A DNA stretch of 64,000 bases from Candidatus Pelearchaeum maunauluense (GCA_030059675.1 JANVYQ010000006.1:47940-111939), one strand, 5' to 3'; positions 27,528-38,461 are shown, counted from the first letter of the stretch. Numbers and translations: made by a program. Notes: generated by a model not told the origin, from the letters alone.

Positions 27528-29210
27528 GTGTTGGGGATGGCTATGCTTGACAGCCCTGCTGTTATACTGGCTTTGTGCTTACTTGCCTATTGGCTTCTCT
27601 CCAGGAGGCTTGGTCTAAATCTTTCAGATAGCCGTATTGGTATGGGTAGCGGGCTGCCCTATGGGCTTGACCGCGTGTTTTCGGTAGCTAGTATTGCAGT
27701 TGTTGCGGCTGCCGTTGGAGCTCCAATAGCCATCAGTGAGTATGGTGTGTTGCCGACATTATTAACGATTGTGATTGGAACATTATTATTCGGCTACGTA
27801 ATAGAAAGAGGTGGAGACAGGCCCTTTCTTAACCTGCTATCTCAATCGCTGGTTTTACGCCATGTAAAACTGGCTAAGCTAGCTGTACTTCTATACCTAA
27901 TACTCATGGGCTCTTTTCTAGCTCTACTCCTGGGAGAGATTATAGTAGCGCATCCATCTATGCCGTTTGCGTTATTTTCGTTTGTTATAGCTGCGGCCTT
28001 GTTAAGTCTTTACGTATCCAGATTTAAGACTGGTTTCACAGCATCTCTCATTTCTGCTCTCTTCCTTGGAGTGTTGGGGGCGGTCATAGGCCTTTACTGG
28101 GAATACTCCATAGATAGCTCTGCAGCCAACATACTACAACCACTCTCCAACGGAGAAGCGCAGCTTATGGCGGTGTGGTTCATCATACTCATAGTTCTCG
28201 TTATAGCGCCAACAATCCATCAAAAGTCGCGACAATTCAAACATCATCTAACGTATCTACTTGCAATAATCGCAATTCCAATCTTGATGCTCATAATTCT
28301 TGGCATAGGAATAACATCAATATTGGGCGAATCAGTCTCTGAATCGTATTTGGTGATGCCTCCTGCCAGCGGGCTTATAGTGGAGGAAGCTGTTGAGGCG
28401 GGGGGAGAGGCTATTAGGATTATGATGCCTCCAGCTATCCCTGCTCTCTTACTAGTTTTGGCAGCGGCAGTAGCGAATCCAGTATTGGCGCTTCAAAATA
28501 ATGGTAATGAGATGATCACCATCTCGCGTGCTGCGCGAGGTATTGCATTTATCGTTGGTGTGGTCTTTGCTGTAATAGTTGCGGCGCGCGGTGTGTTGGA
28601 ATGGGGCTTATCATCTCTGATTAACGGTATCGCTGCGTTGCTTCTGCCTATCTTTGGTGATGTAGCAGCACAGGCTCTGGAGCTTCTCTATTATATGATT
28701 CTCTTCTTCATAATTTTTACCGCCCTCTTAACGGCTGCCTCAGCATGGCATAACGTTCTCATATCGTTGGATAGATTTAGCAAACCTGCTTTGCGGGTGG
28801 AGTTTTCGCTAATTTTGCTGGCGGTGCCAGCCTTGGTTATTGCTTTTGCGGGTTCCTGGCCTGTTCTCTGGCTTCTCTTCGGGTCGGCCAACTTTATGCT
28901 ATTTGGGTTCATAGCTCTCTTGGGAGCGGTGCGTAGGGGCGGGAGGAGCTTGCTCCTTCTTGGGCTGGCTGTGGTGGCGGTAGCCCTGGCAGGGGCTACG
29001 TGGATTGCCATGGCTCTCCTAGTCTCGGTCAGCCTTTCCCTCCCCTTCACCGAGCAGGCTGCTGGGACTGTAACATTCTTCGGCTTAGAGCCCTTTCTGG
29101 TGGCGAATAGCGCTCTCCTAGCCATAACACTCACCTTAATGGCCATCGCGGTTCTTCTCACCGCTGGTATTGTGCGGGCCTATCTTATGCGTAAGGCCAG
29201 CGCTGCTTGA
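27528..29210 (+). CDS. Polytopic membrane protein, divergent CstA-like transporter
   Basis: About 15 hydrophobic segments; WLLFGSANFML resembles CstA W.LFG.ANQL. Confidence 0.6.
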   Translation: MLGMAMLDSPAVILALCLLAYWLLSRRLGLNLSDSRIGMGSGLPYGLDRVFSVASIAVVAAAVGAPIAISEYGVLPTLLTIVIGTLLFGYVIERGGDRPFLNLLSQSLVLRHVKLAKLAVLLYLILMGSFLALLLGEIIVAHPSMPFALFSFVIAAALLSLYVSRFKTGFTASLISALFLGVLGAVIGLYWEYSIDSSAANILQPLSNGEAQLMAVWFIILIVLVIAPTIHQKSRQFKHHLTYLLAIIAIPILMLIILGIGITSILGESVSESYLVMPPASGLIVEEAVEAGGEAIRIMMPPAIPALLLVLAAAVANPVLALQNNGNEMITISRAARGIAFIVGVVFAVIVAARGVLEWGLSSLINGIAALLLPIFGDVAAQALELLYYMILFFIIFTALLTAASAWHNVLISLDRFSKPALRVEFSLILLAVPALVIAFAGSWPVLWLLFGSANFMLFGFIALLGAVRRGGRSLLLLGLAVVAVALAGATWIAMALLVSVSLSLPFTEQAAGTVTFFGLEPFLVANSALLAITLTLMAIAVLLTAGIVRAYLMRKASAA

Positions 29211-29237
29211 TGATGTTTATTAATAGCTGCCTACACC

Positions 29238-29693
29238 ATGCCGGGAGAAGGTAGGTGCCCGGCCTTGGGTAATGGGGAGTTCGCTGCGAGGCATTTGAAG
29301 GTCGTTAGGAACAGGTTTAGGTGGAGTAGTAGGAAGTATATGATTCGGATGCTTGGGCTGAAGGAGAAAGCTGACCCCCTAGAGGGCGCTCCCATGGGTA
29401 GGGGGATAGTTATACAGAAGGTTGGGATAGAGTCGCGACAGCCCAACTCAGCCGTAAGGAAGGCCGTGAGGGTCCAGCTCATAAAGAACAGTAAGGTCGT
29501 AACAGCCTTCCTACCAGGTGATGGCGCGCTCAATGTTGTTGATGAGCATGATGAAGTGCTCATAGCGGGCATAGGCGGCTCTATGGGCAAGAGCATGGGC
29601 GACCTCCCTGGCGTGAGGTATAAGGTTATTTTGGTTAATGGCGTTCCGTTGGATAGGCTGATAACTGGAGAAGTAAAGAAACCACGCAGATAG
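29238..29693 (+). CDS. rps12: 30S ribosomal protein S12 (uS12)
   Basis: [30 protein letters not shown]. Confidence 0.97.
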   Translation: MPGEGRCPALGNGEFAARHLKVVRNRFRWSSRKYMIRMLGLKEKADPLEGAPMGRGIVIQKVGIESRQPNSAVRKAVRVQLIKNSKVVTAFLPGDGALNVVDEHDEVLIAGIGGSMGKSMGDLPGVRYKVILVNGVPLDRLITGEVKKPRR

Positions 29694-29709
29694 CTTTACA
29701 AAGCCTAAA

Positions 29710-31192
29710 CTAGGGAGATGAGAAACAAGTAATCAGCTCACGCGCCTTCTCAATCCCCTAGATGTTAGCTCTCTCCTTTCAACAAATTTCGCATAATAAA
29801 GCTTCGCTGCATTCATGATGCTCTCTTCACCTAGTTTCATTCCCATATCTGCGACTAGTATAGTAATTATAGCATGGCCCATCGTCTCCAGAATCCGCTT
29901 AGCATGAAACTCTACCTCATACGCTGTCATGTGGGCCATTTTCCCAAGCATACTCTCAATGACCTTAAGAGCCTTTGATGCCATCTCACTATCCACCAAG
30001 CCCTTCATATCATCCAACAATGGCATATGGGCCTTTTTCTTCACTATTGCCTCAAGCATATCCAAAGCCTGTATGTTACTCGTTCCTTCCCATATCGGAG
30101 TGATGAGAAACTCGCGATGTAGGCGGAACCTCGTCAGAAACGCTCTGAAACTCCTGAACAGCCTTAAACATAAGAGCCAGACCACCGTCAATCAGCAGCT
30201 CCATCTCAAGAAGGTCATGCACGACTAGGGGATGCTCAATCAACTTCTTCCCAAAGGCTCTCCTAAACCGAGTATAACCCAAAGCCTCTAGAAACGCCTT
30301 ACGCGCTATGCCCAGAGCTCCAGCAGAGTTGGCGAGGCGTGAGAACCTCAAATCCTCAAGCACATAGTAGATTCCCTTCTCCAGCTCCCCAACTGGATAT
30401 GCTACCGCGTCGTTAAACTCTACCTCACCCGTTGGGACGCTCTTGGTAGCGCTCTTCAGCTTAAGCCGCCTTATCGTGAAATTTGCCGAGCCGTCAGGAC
30501 GTGTGCGCGGAACTAAAAAGAGGCCTACCTTAACACCTGGAGGAGCGCCCTCAGGCCTGGCTGTAACCAAAGCCACATCCGCAAGACCAGCATTACTGGT
30601 AAAATACTTCCAACTACCCGAAAGCCTCCAAGAGTCGCCGATTCTAACAGCCTTGGTAAGATTAGCCCCTAGGTCGCCTCCTCCCTGAATCTCAGTAAAC
30701 CACGTAGCCCCATACATTATAGGCTCAGCCTCGCCTATCAAATGCGGAACGAAGCGCTTAAGCTCACCACCGCCATATTTGGCAAGAGCATACGCGGTCT
30801 GTATAGTTACGGTGAGTATGCAGGCTATTCCGGGGTCAGAGACCAGGTATATTGCCGCGAAATGCTCATGCCAGCTACCACCCCTGAAAGGTGGTTGGTT
30901 AACCTTATACTCGCGCATCAGCCTCTCAAGAACCCAACGCTGGGCTTGGTCAAGAAGAACAGCATCAACACGCTCACCCCTAATACTCCACATAACATGC
31001 CGCGGGTTCGCGAGCTTATCCACATAACCTGCAACCTCGTAAAGCTCCTTGCCAGCAAAAAGCGCCCAGCGATGATAAGTTGGGTGTTCTCCTAAGAAAA
31101 TGTTTGAGAGTCAGCCTGAGGGGCTTATCAACCTCCTAAACATTAGTCCCATACACGCTTGAGATATGATGATAAATACTCCCCTGCGTCAT
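29710..31192 (-). pseudogene. Degraded AidB-like acyl-CoA dehydrogenase
   Basis: ATWFTEIQGG.DLG, RRAFGK, TPIWEGTSNIQALD in different frames; early in-frame TAG and internal deletion near 30120; ends approximate. Confidence 0.85.
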
Positions 31193-31234
31193 AGCTGAAT
31201 CAATAAGTCTTCATGAGGCTTTATCATTTTCGGC

Positions 31235-31744
31235 CTAATCGTCCTCATCATCGCTGTCGCTGGATTCTTCATCAACCATCTCCTCACTCTCTTCCAGCCC
31301 TGCCTCTATAATTGATAGATAATGAGGGTCTATGTCAGGTAAGTATGAGCTGGTTAGACTCTCCTTGAGAGCTATCCCACCTACTAGGCCTGCGGTGAGC
31401 ATGAATGGCAGCCATTCACGGTTCTCTTTCATAATCCTCGCAAGCTCGTTGCCATCTCTACTTTCCGAGGCACGTTTAATAGAATCCACTACACTGCTTA
31501 GTGAGTATTCAGCCTGTCTAAGAGAGCTCACACCCATATCTGTCAGCTTATAGCTAACCCGCGAGACAAACAGGAATGAGCGCTTCTCCGCTATAGCATA
31601 GCCGTAGGATAGCATCTTATCTAATATGAGTCTAGCCTCATCCTCTCCAATCTTGGCGATGTTGGCAACCCTTCTCGGCGAGTATCTTCCCTTATGAATC
31701 AAATAGAGAACCAACAACTCATTAGGGCTTAACATAATCCCCAT
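31235..31744 (-). CDS. Winged-helix hypothetical protein with acidic tail
   Basis: Y.LT..G wing motif, C-terminal EESSDSDDEDD. Confidence 0.65.
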   Translation of the reverse strand: MGIMLSPNELLVLYLIHKGRYSPRRVANIAKIGEDEARLILDKMLSYGYAIAEKRSFLFVSRVSYKLTDMGVSSLRQAEYSLSSVVDSIKRASESRDGNELARIMKENREWLPFMLTAGLVGGIALKESLTSSYLPDIDPHYLSIIEAGLEESEEMVDEESSDSDDEDD

Positions 31745-31790
31745 CTACATCAACGGCCTATTCCCATCAGCCGCTGCTTATATCAGTTGT

Positions 31791-32171
31791 CTAGAGCGTA
31801 GTCTGGCGCCTCATGACCTTCTTAAGAACCCTTATCTCATGTTCAAAATCTATACGGCCATGGGTTATGAGGCCGCCGCCAAATGACTTAGGTATATGCA
31901 GCAACTCGTGGAGTATTATGTTCTCCTTCTCAGCTTCACTCAATTTATCAAAATTTTCCGAAATAAACTCTATCACATAAACAGGCTTCATTCCCAAACC
32001 CGTAAAGAATGCTTTTGAGGCTGAGTGTATCCTTGCATAAGTCCCGCGTGATTGAGAGCCATAGCTTCGCACACACCTAACGCGGCTTGTATCTATGTAG
32101 TTAAGCGCCGCCTGCTCCACTATCTGCTTTACGCGCCTTTCCAAGTCTGGAGCTGGTTTATAGCGTATCAT
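31791..32171 (-). CDS. Putative metallopeptidase (HExxH)
   Basis: YARI, ILHELLHIP..F.GGL..H. Confidence 0.8.
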   Translation of the reverse strand: MIRYKPAPDLERRVKQIVEQAALNYIDTSRVRCVRSYGSQSRGTYARIHSASKAFFTGLGMKPVYVIEFISENFDKLSEAEKENIILHELLHIPKSFGGGLITHGRIDFEHEIRVLKKVMRRQTTL

Positions 32172-32256
32172 GCCCTAGCACGCGCCGCAGCCCAAAGTAG
32201 TAGCCCTATGCCATATCCTTAATGTATATTTCCTGCATGGACCCCGTGAGATTGGA

Positions 32257-33228
32257 ATGAAAGGAATTTGGCGTATAACCGCTGCTCTTACTCTACTCCT
32301 ATTAATTATAGCCGCCCTCATCTCAACACAACAAAAAACTGGAGAAGAAGTCAAAATCCTCTACGCGGGTTCTCTAATATCCCTAATGGAAACCAGCATA
32401 GGGCCAGCATTCGCACGCGAAACGGGTTTTAGATACCTGGGAGAGGGCCATGGGTCTATCCAAAATGCATACATGCTGATAGATGGCCAGCGTTTCCCAG
32501 ACGTATTTATCAGCGCAGGCACAGAAGCGATGGAGCTTCTCATGAAGAATGAACAACCATTAGTATCCTGGTACATGACTTTTGCTGCAGATGAAATAGT
32601 AATAGCATACAATAAGAAAAGCCCAGCAGCAGGTCTTCTTGAAAAAGCAGCGCGTGGCGAGCTACCCTGGTATGAAGTCTTATCCAAGCCTGATATACTT
32701 TTTCTCCGCACAGACCCGGAGCTTGACCCAAAGGGGTATTATACCGTAATAATGGCGCGGCTCGCTGACATATTTTATGGAAACTCGTCAATAAGTAGTT
32801 CTATTCTAAGGGGTGAGCGTAATCTGGATTTCATAAGGCCTGAAGAGGTGTTGATAACGTTGCTTGAGTCTGGTGAGACTGATGCGGTGAGCGCTTACTT
32901 GCATGAGGCTGTTGAGCGAGGTCTACCGTTTATACAGCTACCGCCTGAGATAAGTCTGGGATATCCAGAGTTCGCAGAGTTCTACAAGAAGGCTAACTAC
33001 ACAACTGAGAGTGGAAATGTTATAGTTGGCAAGCCGATAGTCTTCGCTGTTACGATTCCAGAAACCGCTAATAACGTGGAAGGTGCGCTTGCTTTCATAA
33101 GGTTTCTCCTCTCAGATGAGGCTGGAAAAATTATGGAGAAGCATGGCTTTAGGAGGATAAGGCCGCAGATACATGGAGAGGCTCCACAGGAGATAATTAA
33201 CCTACTTAAGAGGGTTAATCATGAGTAG
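32257..33228 (+). CDS. wtpA: Tungstate/molybdate ABC substrate-binding protein
   Basis: YAGSL, GS, DVFISA, TDP.LDP.GY, IRPEE. Confidence 0.88.
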   Translation: MKGIWRITAALTLLLLIIAALISTQQKTGEEVKILYAGSLISLMETSIGPAFARETGFRYLGEGHGSIQNAYMLIDGQRFPDVFISAGTEAMELLMKNEQPLVSWYMTFAADEIVIAYNKKSPAAGLLEKAARGELPWYEVLSKPDILFLRTDPELDPKGYYTVIMARLADIFYGNSSISSSILRGERNLDFIRPEEVLITLLESGETDAVSAYLHEAVERGLPFIQLPPEISLGYPEFAEFYKKANYTTESGNVIVGKPIVFAVTIPETANNVEGALAFIRFLLSDEAGKIMEKHGFRRIRPQIHGEAPQEIINLLKRVNHE

Positions 33229-33244
33229 CGCATAAGGAATAGCC

Positions 33245-34033
33245 TTGGCGTTCGCGGCTATCTTAATAATCCTAGCATGCGTTCTTCTAATCTACATAAT
33301 ACTACCCATAGCTGGGGTTTTCTTCAGAGTGGACATCTACAACGTGGCCCAATCCTTCTCCAGGCCCCAGCTTATTTCTGCTCTCGGTCTTAGTATCCAG
33401 ACCGCTACTATTGCGACTTTCTTAGCTGCCCTAACTGGAGTACCCCTAGCGTATATCTTGGCTCGCGGCAGTTCTCGTCTCTCCGACATTATCAGGGTTC
33501 TGGTAGCTCTCCCACTCGTCTTTCCTCCCCTCATAGCTGGTGCAGCACTCCTAAACATATACGGCTTAACATCACCAATAGGCCAGCTTGCCCGCGAGCT
33601 AGGCATACAGCTAACCCAGTCTCCCATAGGTATAGTGCTGGCTCAACTCTTCGTCTCCTCACCATTCGTAGTCCTTTCAGCCGCAGCAGCATTTGAGAGG
33701 ATTGATAAATACTATGAGTATGTCTCGCGCACCCTAGGCAAAAGCCCTGGCGAGACATTCATACGCGTAACCCTCCCATTAGCTTGGCGTGGAATAGCTA
33801 CGGGGCTTATACTGGCATGGATAAGGGCTATGGGCGAATTCGGAGCCACGGTCATGATGGCATACAACCCAAAAACAGTCTCGATACAGCTTTGGGAGGA
33901 TAACGCCGTAGGCGGCCTCAGCATGGCGCTACCTGGCGTTGTAGTAGTCATATTAACCATACTCATATTATTGGCCGCGTGGGCCTGGATATCGCTTGGG
34001 AGACAGAGGGAATCTGGCTCACCACTATACTAG
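33245..34033 (+). CDS. wtpB: Tungstate/molybdate ABC permease
   Basis: GVPLAY.LAR, AQLFVSSPF, RAMGEFGA. Confidence 0.88.
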   Translation: MAFAAILIILACVLLIYIILPIAGVFFRVDIYNVAQSFSRPQLISALGLSIQTATIATFLAALTGVPLAYILARGSSRLSDIIRVLVALPLVFPPLIAGAALLNIYGLTSPIGQLARELGIQLTQSPIGIVLAQLFVSSPFVVLSAAAAFERIDKYYEYVSRTLGKSPGETFIRVTLPLAWRGIATGLILAWIRAMGEFGATVMMAYNPKTVSIQLWEDNAVGGLSMALPGVVVVILTILILLAAWAWISLGRQRESGSPLY

Positions 34034-34055
34034 AAAATCCTAAGGTGACTTTGTC

Positions 34056-34748
34056 ATGCTAATCCTGCGTAACGTCGTTAAGCAGGTCGGCAGGTTCAGG
34101 CTAGGGCCAGTGAGCCTTGAGGTTGGTGATGAGACGCTGGTGGTGCTTGGCGTTAATGGGGCTGGAAAGACCACACTCCTAAACCTCATAGCAGGGATAC
34201 TGGAGCCTGACGATGGGGAAATAATACTCAATGGCCAGCTCCTCAACGGAGAGCCAATAGAGCGGCGAGGCGTTGGATACATCTTCCAACGACCATATCT
34301 ATTCCCACACATGAGTGTGAAAGAGAATATAGAGTATGGTCTAAGGCGTGGTGAAGAAAATAATATTGAGAAGTTTCATTACGTAGTTTCGTTACTGGGC
34401 ATAGAGAATATACTGAACCGTGATGTGCGTGGACTAAGTGGGGGAGAGGCTCAGAAAGTTGCCCTTGCCCGCACTCTCGTCTCAACACCTAAGATACTGC
34501 TACTTGACGAGCCGTTAGTCCATCTTGACGCGGTGGCAAGACGCGAATTACTGCACGAGCTTAAGCATGTATTAAAAGTACTCAAAATCCCGAAGATATA
34601 CGTAACCCACGAGGCGCGCGAGGCGCGTGTAGTGGCAGATAGGATAGCTGTATTGGATTCTGGGAAGGTTGTTGAAGAAGGAAGTAGAGAGGAGCTTCTT
34701 AAAAATCCAAAAACCAGCTATCTAAGACGTTTTTTGGAGGAAGAGTAG
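34056..34748 (+). CDS. wtpC: Tungstate/molybdate ABC ATPase
   Basis: Walker A GVNGAGKT, LSGGE, LLLDEP. Confidence 0.88.
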   Translation: MLILRNVVKQVGRFRLGPVSLEVGDETLVVLGVNGAGKTTLLNLIAGILEPDDGEIILNGQLLNGEPIERRGVGYIFQRPYLFPHMSVKENIEYGLRRGEENNIEKFHYVVSLLGIENILNRDVRGLSGGEAQKVALARTLVSTPKILLLDEPLVHLDAVARRELLHELKHVLKVLKIPKIYVTHEAREARVVADRIAVLDSGKVVEEGSREELLKNPKTSYLRRFLEEE

Positions 34749-34749
34749 A

Positions 34750-35673
34750 TTATTCGCGACGTAATTTAACGCCGTCGCTAAAGCCTGATACTATAAGTTG
34801 ATGGTTGGGGAATTTTTCCTTAAGAATCCCGACGACATATTCCAGTTCATCTTCATAAACTAATGCATGAACAGCTCTCCCCAGCATATTCTGCGCATAA
34901 CCTATTACTGGTAGCTTCTCGAATTCCCTGAACATGGTCTTGACATCGCTGGTTGCCAGTCCTGTAGTTTCTGCAAACTCGCGCGACTTTTGTAGGAAGT
35001 TCTCAACTGTAGGATTATCTAAAATCTCAGAAAGCTTTGCATCCCCCACCCTCTCTATATGGCGTAGCCTCTCAACGTCTCCCAGTATCTCTGGTGTTTT
35101 GAGAGGCCCAGCAACTAGCGCTATGAGCCTGCAGTGTGGTGGTAAGGGTATAATGTCCATTAACGCGTTATCAGGGGAGCCTTCGCGTAAAACTAAGACT
35201 AGGCCGCTTAGCGTGGCTCCTATCTCGCTGTTAAGGCCAGTCTTGCATCTAAGCTCTATGTAGTGTGTCTGCCTTATTGCCTCGTTCATGGTCATCGGCC
35301 TTCCAGCTGCTAGAGAGCCTGCCAGGAGAACGCCCATAGCGCTTGCCGCGCTTGTGCCAAACCCTGTTCCTATGGGAACGTGAATCTCATGCTTAATGTG
35401 AATAGTGCCGCTTACTCCTATCATATGTCTAAGGACTGTTGCAGCTTCGCGTGATGGTGGAAATTCAAATGCGTTGCCATTAATTGTTATTCTTGTAATC
35501 TCCTCATCGGTATCTTCAATTGAGACCCATGTTTCTACTCCATCTTCAAATGCGAATCCTCCTCCGCGTGCTCCAGTTTGGTCAGGGTTTGTTCTCAGCT
35601 TCTCGCCGTCTAGTATCTTTGGTGAGAATATGCTGGAGAGCGCCGCTGGTATGCGCGCGTATGCTCTCTGCAT
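34750..35673 (-). CDS. Pantoate kinase (GHMP family)
   Basis: GARGGG, PIGTGFGTSA, E....TGL, QNMLG..VHA. Confidence 0.82.
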   Translation of the reverse strand: MQRAYARIPAALSSIFSPKILDGEKLRTNPDQTGARGGGFAFEDGVETWVSIEDTDEEITRITINGNAFEFPPSREAATVLRHMIGVSGTIHIKHEIHVPIGTGFGTSAASAMGVLLAGSLAAGRPMTMNEAIRQTHYIELRCKTGLNSEIGATLSGLVLVLREGSPDNALMDIIPLPPHCRLIALVAGPLKTPEILGDVERLRHIERVGDAKLSEILDNPTVENFLQKSREFAETTGLATSDVKTMFREFEKLPVIGYAQNMLGRAVHALVYEDELEYVVGILKEKFPNHQLIVSGFSDGVKLRRE

Positions 35674-35685
35674 TTTCTTCGCGCC

Positions 35686-36495
35686 TTAGTCTTGACGCAT
35701 CCACGCTGGCATGGCTCTCTTAACAGCCTTCACAAGCGGCGGCAGTAAGGCTACTAGAAATGGTATCTCTGAGAGATAGGTCCAGAGGAACAGCACAAGC
35801 GCCGCATAGAGCGGTGCGTTGATTAGCCCGCTGGGGAGTGCTAGAAACTGGCTATAGGCCCAGACACCGACGCCTATTATGGCGCTGCCCACGAGGAGTC
35901 CTAGGGATGACGACGCTAGTAGGCGGGCGTTTTCATGTCTTATCGCGGTGTAGGCCAGGCCTCCGCCTATGGAGAATCCCGCTAAGGCTAGCATGAGTAG
36001 TGCTCCTATGCCGACTGAAGCCCCAGCTACCGCTAGGAAGAATGTCGCAACCGCTGGCTCTCCAGATAGTAGGTATGCCGAGACCAGGCTCACGGCCGCT
36101 AGTGGGGCTATTAGTAGGCCTCCCAGCGTTGGCTGTGGATTCCATCTCTTGGCAGCTCTATACGCTACCCCAAGTATGTAGAAGCCTAAGACGTTGGCTG
36201 GCACGCCTACCGTGAGGCTGAGTAGCGCGTTCCCATGTATGAGCATGTCGCTTATGAATATGCCTATCCCCGCGCCTGCCGCGCCTATCTTGGGGGAGAA
36301 GAGGACTGTGAAGAGCGCTGGTATGAAGACCACTGGCCAAAACCTTACGGTGCCAAAGAGGGGGGCGAAGATTCCGAGATACGTGAGATACCCTATCCCT
36401 GCGTATAGCGCGGCGTTCAGCGCTATTAGCATGGTTTCCAGGGATATGCTCATGGTTCTTTGTTGCGGCGAGCTTGCCTCCATGCCTGTTCGCAT
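35686..36495 (-). CDS. ECF-transporter S-component-like membrane protein
   Basis: ALNAALYA, VRFWP.V.IPA, GAGIG.FI.D; start may be 36483 or 36453. Confidence 0.7.
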   Translation of the reverse strand: MRTGMEASSPQQRTMSISLETMLIALNAALYAGIGYLTYLGIFAPLFGTVRFWPVVFIPALFTVLFSPKIGAAGAGIGIFISDMLIHGNALLSLTVGVPANVLGFYILGVAYRAAKRWNPQPTLGGLLIAPLAAVSLVSAYLLSGEPAVATFFLAVAGASVGIGALLMLALAGFSIGGGLAYTAIRHENARLLASSSLGLLVGSAIIGVGVWAYSQFLALPSGLINAPLYAALVLFLWTYLSEIPFLVALLPPLVKAVKRAMPAWMRQD

Positions 36496-36546
36496 GTCTC
36501 CTAGATTCTACTGATACTATTGCCTTATCTCCATAGTCTATATAGG

Positions 36547-37224
36547 CTAATGAGAACGAAACAACTCTTCAGCTATACTAGCGCCGCTGCTGGTTCCTAT
36601 TCTGTCAGCCCCAGCCTCAATCATAGCGAGCGCGCTCTCCAGCGTCCTTATACCGCCAGCAGCCTTAACCCGCGCCTTACCCGCTACTACCCTCTTCAGC
36701 AGACGCACATCTTCCACCGAAGCTCCAGATGGTCCAAAGCCTGTTGAAGTCTTCACAAAATCAGCCCCAGCCTTCACTACAAGCTCAGCAGCTACCCGCT
36801 TCTCATCCTCACTTAGGAGACCGCACTCAATAATCACCTTCAACAAAGCTTTATGCCGCTTACAAACACTAGCAATACTGCGTATTTCCTTCAACACATA
36901 TCTATAGTTGCCCGACTTCAGCGCTGGTAAGTTGATTACCATATCAATCTCGTCGGCGCCTTGTTTAAGCGCAAGCCTAGCCTCATACACTTTCACCTCC
37001 ATCAACGTAGCGCCAAGCGGAAAGCCGACTACAGTGCAGACTTTAACTTGGGATGAGCGGAGATGCCTAGCTGCTAGAGGGACATAATAGGGATTAACGC
37101 ACACGGATGCAAACCCATAGCGTTTCGCCTCCGCGCACAACCTAATTATATCGTCCCTCCGCGCCTCAGGTCTGAGGTTTGTATGGTCTATGAGCGATAA
37201 AACCCTACGCGACTCAACATTCAC
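36547..37224 (-). CDS. deoC: Deoxyribose-phosphate aldolase
   Basis: IDHT.L, VVGFPLG, GADEIDMV, FVKTSTGF, KAAGGIR. Confidence 0.96.
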   Translation of the reverse strand: MNVESRRVLSLIDHTNLRPEARRDDIIRLCAEAKRYGFASVCVNPYYVPLAARHLRSSQVKVCTVVGFPLGATLMEVKVYEARLALKQGADEIDMVINLPALKSGNYRYVLKEIRSIASVCKRHKALLKVIIECGLLSEDEKRVAAELVVKAGADFVKTSTGFGPSGASVEDVRLLKRVVAGKARVKAAGGIRTLESALAMIEAGADRIGTSSGASIAEELFRSH

Positions 37225-37270
37225 GGCACTAAATTATGAAGAAACTTCATGAAAAGCCTTACCATCTCTC

Positions 37271-37660
37271 CTATTGTATTGGATGAAACTCTCTACGAAC
37301 TCCATCATATTCGTAGATTATGCGTGTCGCCTGGCCATCAAACTGAAAACCATAATCATATAGGAAGTATGAGCGTGCCTCAACCCTGCTTACTGTTATC
37401 TCCTCAGTGTGGAAGACTTCATCTCCACGTATCCATTTAATCCGTATGGTTAGGTCGTTTATGTCTTCGTTTGAGTAGTTTATTATGAAAACGCGAACTA
37501 TCCTAGCATCTGGTAGATTATCGCGTGGAAAATAAAGCTCGGTTATCTTAACCTCATAATCACGTTCAGCTATGTTATTTTCTACTAATAACTGCATTGC
37601 TAGATATACGTTGAGAGTTAGTGAAACAACCAGTCCTATTAGTAGCATCCTAGTCCGCAT
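37271..37660 (-). CDS. Secreted/membrane-anchored hypothetical protein
   Basis: N-terminal hydrophobic helix, beta-rich body. Confidence 0.65.
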   Translation of the reverse strand: MRTRMLLIGLVVSLTLNVYLAMQLLVENNIAERDYEVKITELYFPRDNLPDARIVRVFIINYSNEDINDLTIRIKWIRGDEVFHTEEITVSRVEARSYFLYDYGFQFDGQATRIIYEYDGVRREFHPIQ

Positions 37661-37688
37661 ACTTGCTGCATGAGATTTTACTACGTCG

Positions 37689-38195
37689 CTAAATAGGTTG
37701 ACCTGAGGTGCCTACCGCTTTTCTAAGAATATCTAAGCTTACTGGCTTATCCTTGGCGCTAACGGCAAGCAGATGGCCCTGATGGTCTAATAGAGCCAGC
37801 ACCCTTTCACCAATCTCGCGACGACGCTTATCAAAGTATCTCACATTTGTCTTGTCGTCGCAGGCTAGATTAACGTCGTAAATACTGTATATGAGGGAAG
37901 CTGTCGGTGCGTAGGGTATCCTTAGGTCTGTCCTGTATCTTATCTCGCGCGACTCTACTACAATACCCATAACGAGCCGCCTGCGTCTTCGCTTGCTCTC
38001 CATCCTGAACATTCGGAATGTGAAAGCCGAAGCGGCGCCTAGAACTATCGCTATGAGCGGAGGCTCATGCTCTAGGAATAGGAGAGCAAGCGCAACACCC
38101 CAGAGTATGACGTTAACCTCTATTAAGAAAACTCGTACTAGCCTGTCGTTTTTGACGATTTCCTCGAAGCTTAATGGCTGTTGATTTGGCTCCAA
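37689..38195 (-). CDS. Hypothetical membrane protein (2 TM + basic patch + soluble domain)
   Basis: Start reassigned to TTG 38195; upstream part of the track ORF overlaps the next gene. Confidence 0.55.
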   Translation of the reverse strand: MEPNQQPLSFEEIVKNDRLVRVFLIEVNVILWGVALALLFLEHEPPLIAIVLGAASAFTFRMFRMESKRRRRRLVMGIVVESREIRYRTDLRIPYAPTASLIYSIYDVNLACDDKTNVRYFDKRRREIGERVLALLDHQGHLLAVSAKDKPVSLDILRKAVGTSGQPI

Positions 38196-38248
38196 TCTCT
38201 GCCCAGGCCTATCTGTTAGACGCCGTACAAAAACTTTGAGCGCTCCTC

Positions 38249-38449
38249 CTATGTCTTGACGCTGCGTTTCATGTATGTTATGGCGGTGAAGACCATCCAG
38301 AGTAGTGCTAGGAGAAGCCAGAGAATTATGTATAGTGGCTCTGTAAGCCCAAGCACGTAGAGGGCGGCGAGTATTGCTATGGGTAGTGCAGTCATCAGTA
38401 GTGCTAGAAGTGTGGATGCTAGGAAGAGACACTTAACCTTCTCCGGCAC
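38249..38449 (-). CDS. Small two-TM membrane protein
   Basis: 66 aa, GGGAG-GTG start, two hydrophobic helices. Confidence 0.55.
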   Translation of the reverse strand: MPEKVKCLFLASTLLALLMTALPIAILAALYVLGLTEPLYIILWLLLALLWMVFTAITYMKRSVKT

Positions 38450-38461
38450 CTCCCGCAGCCC

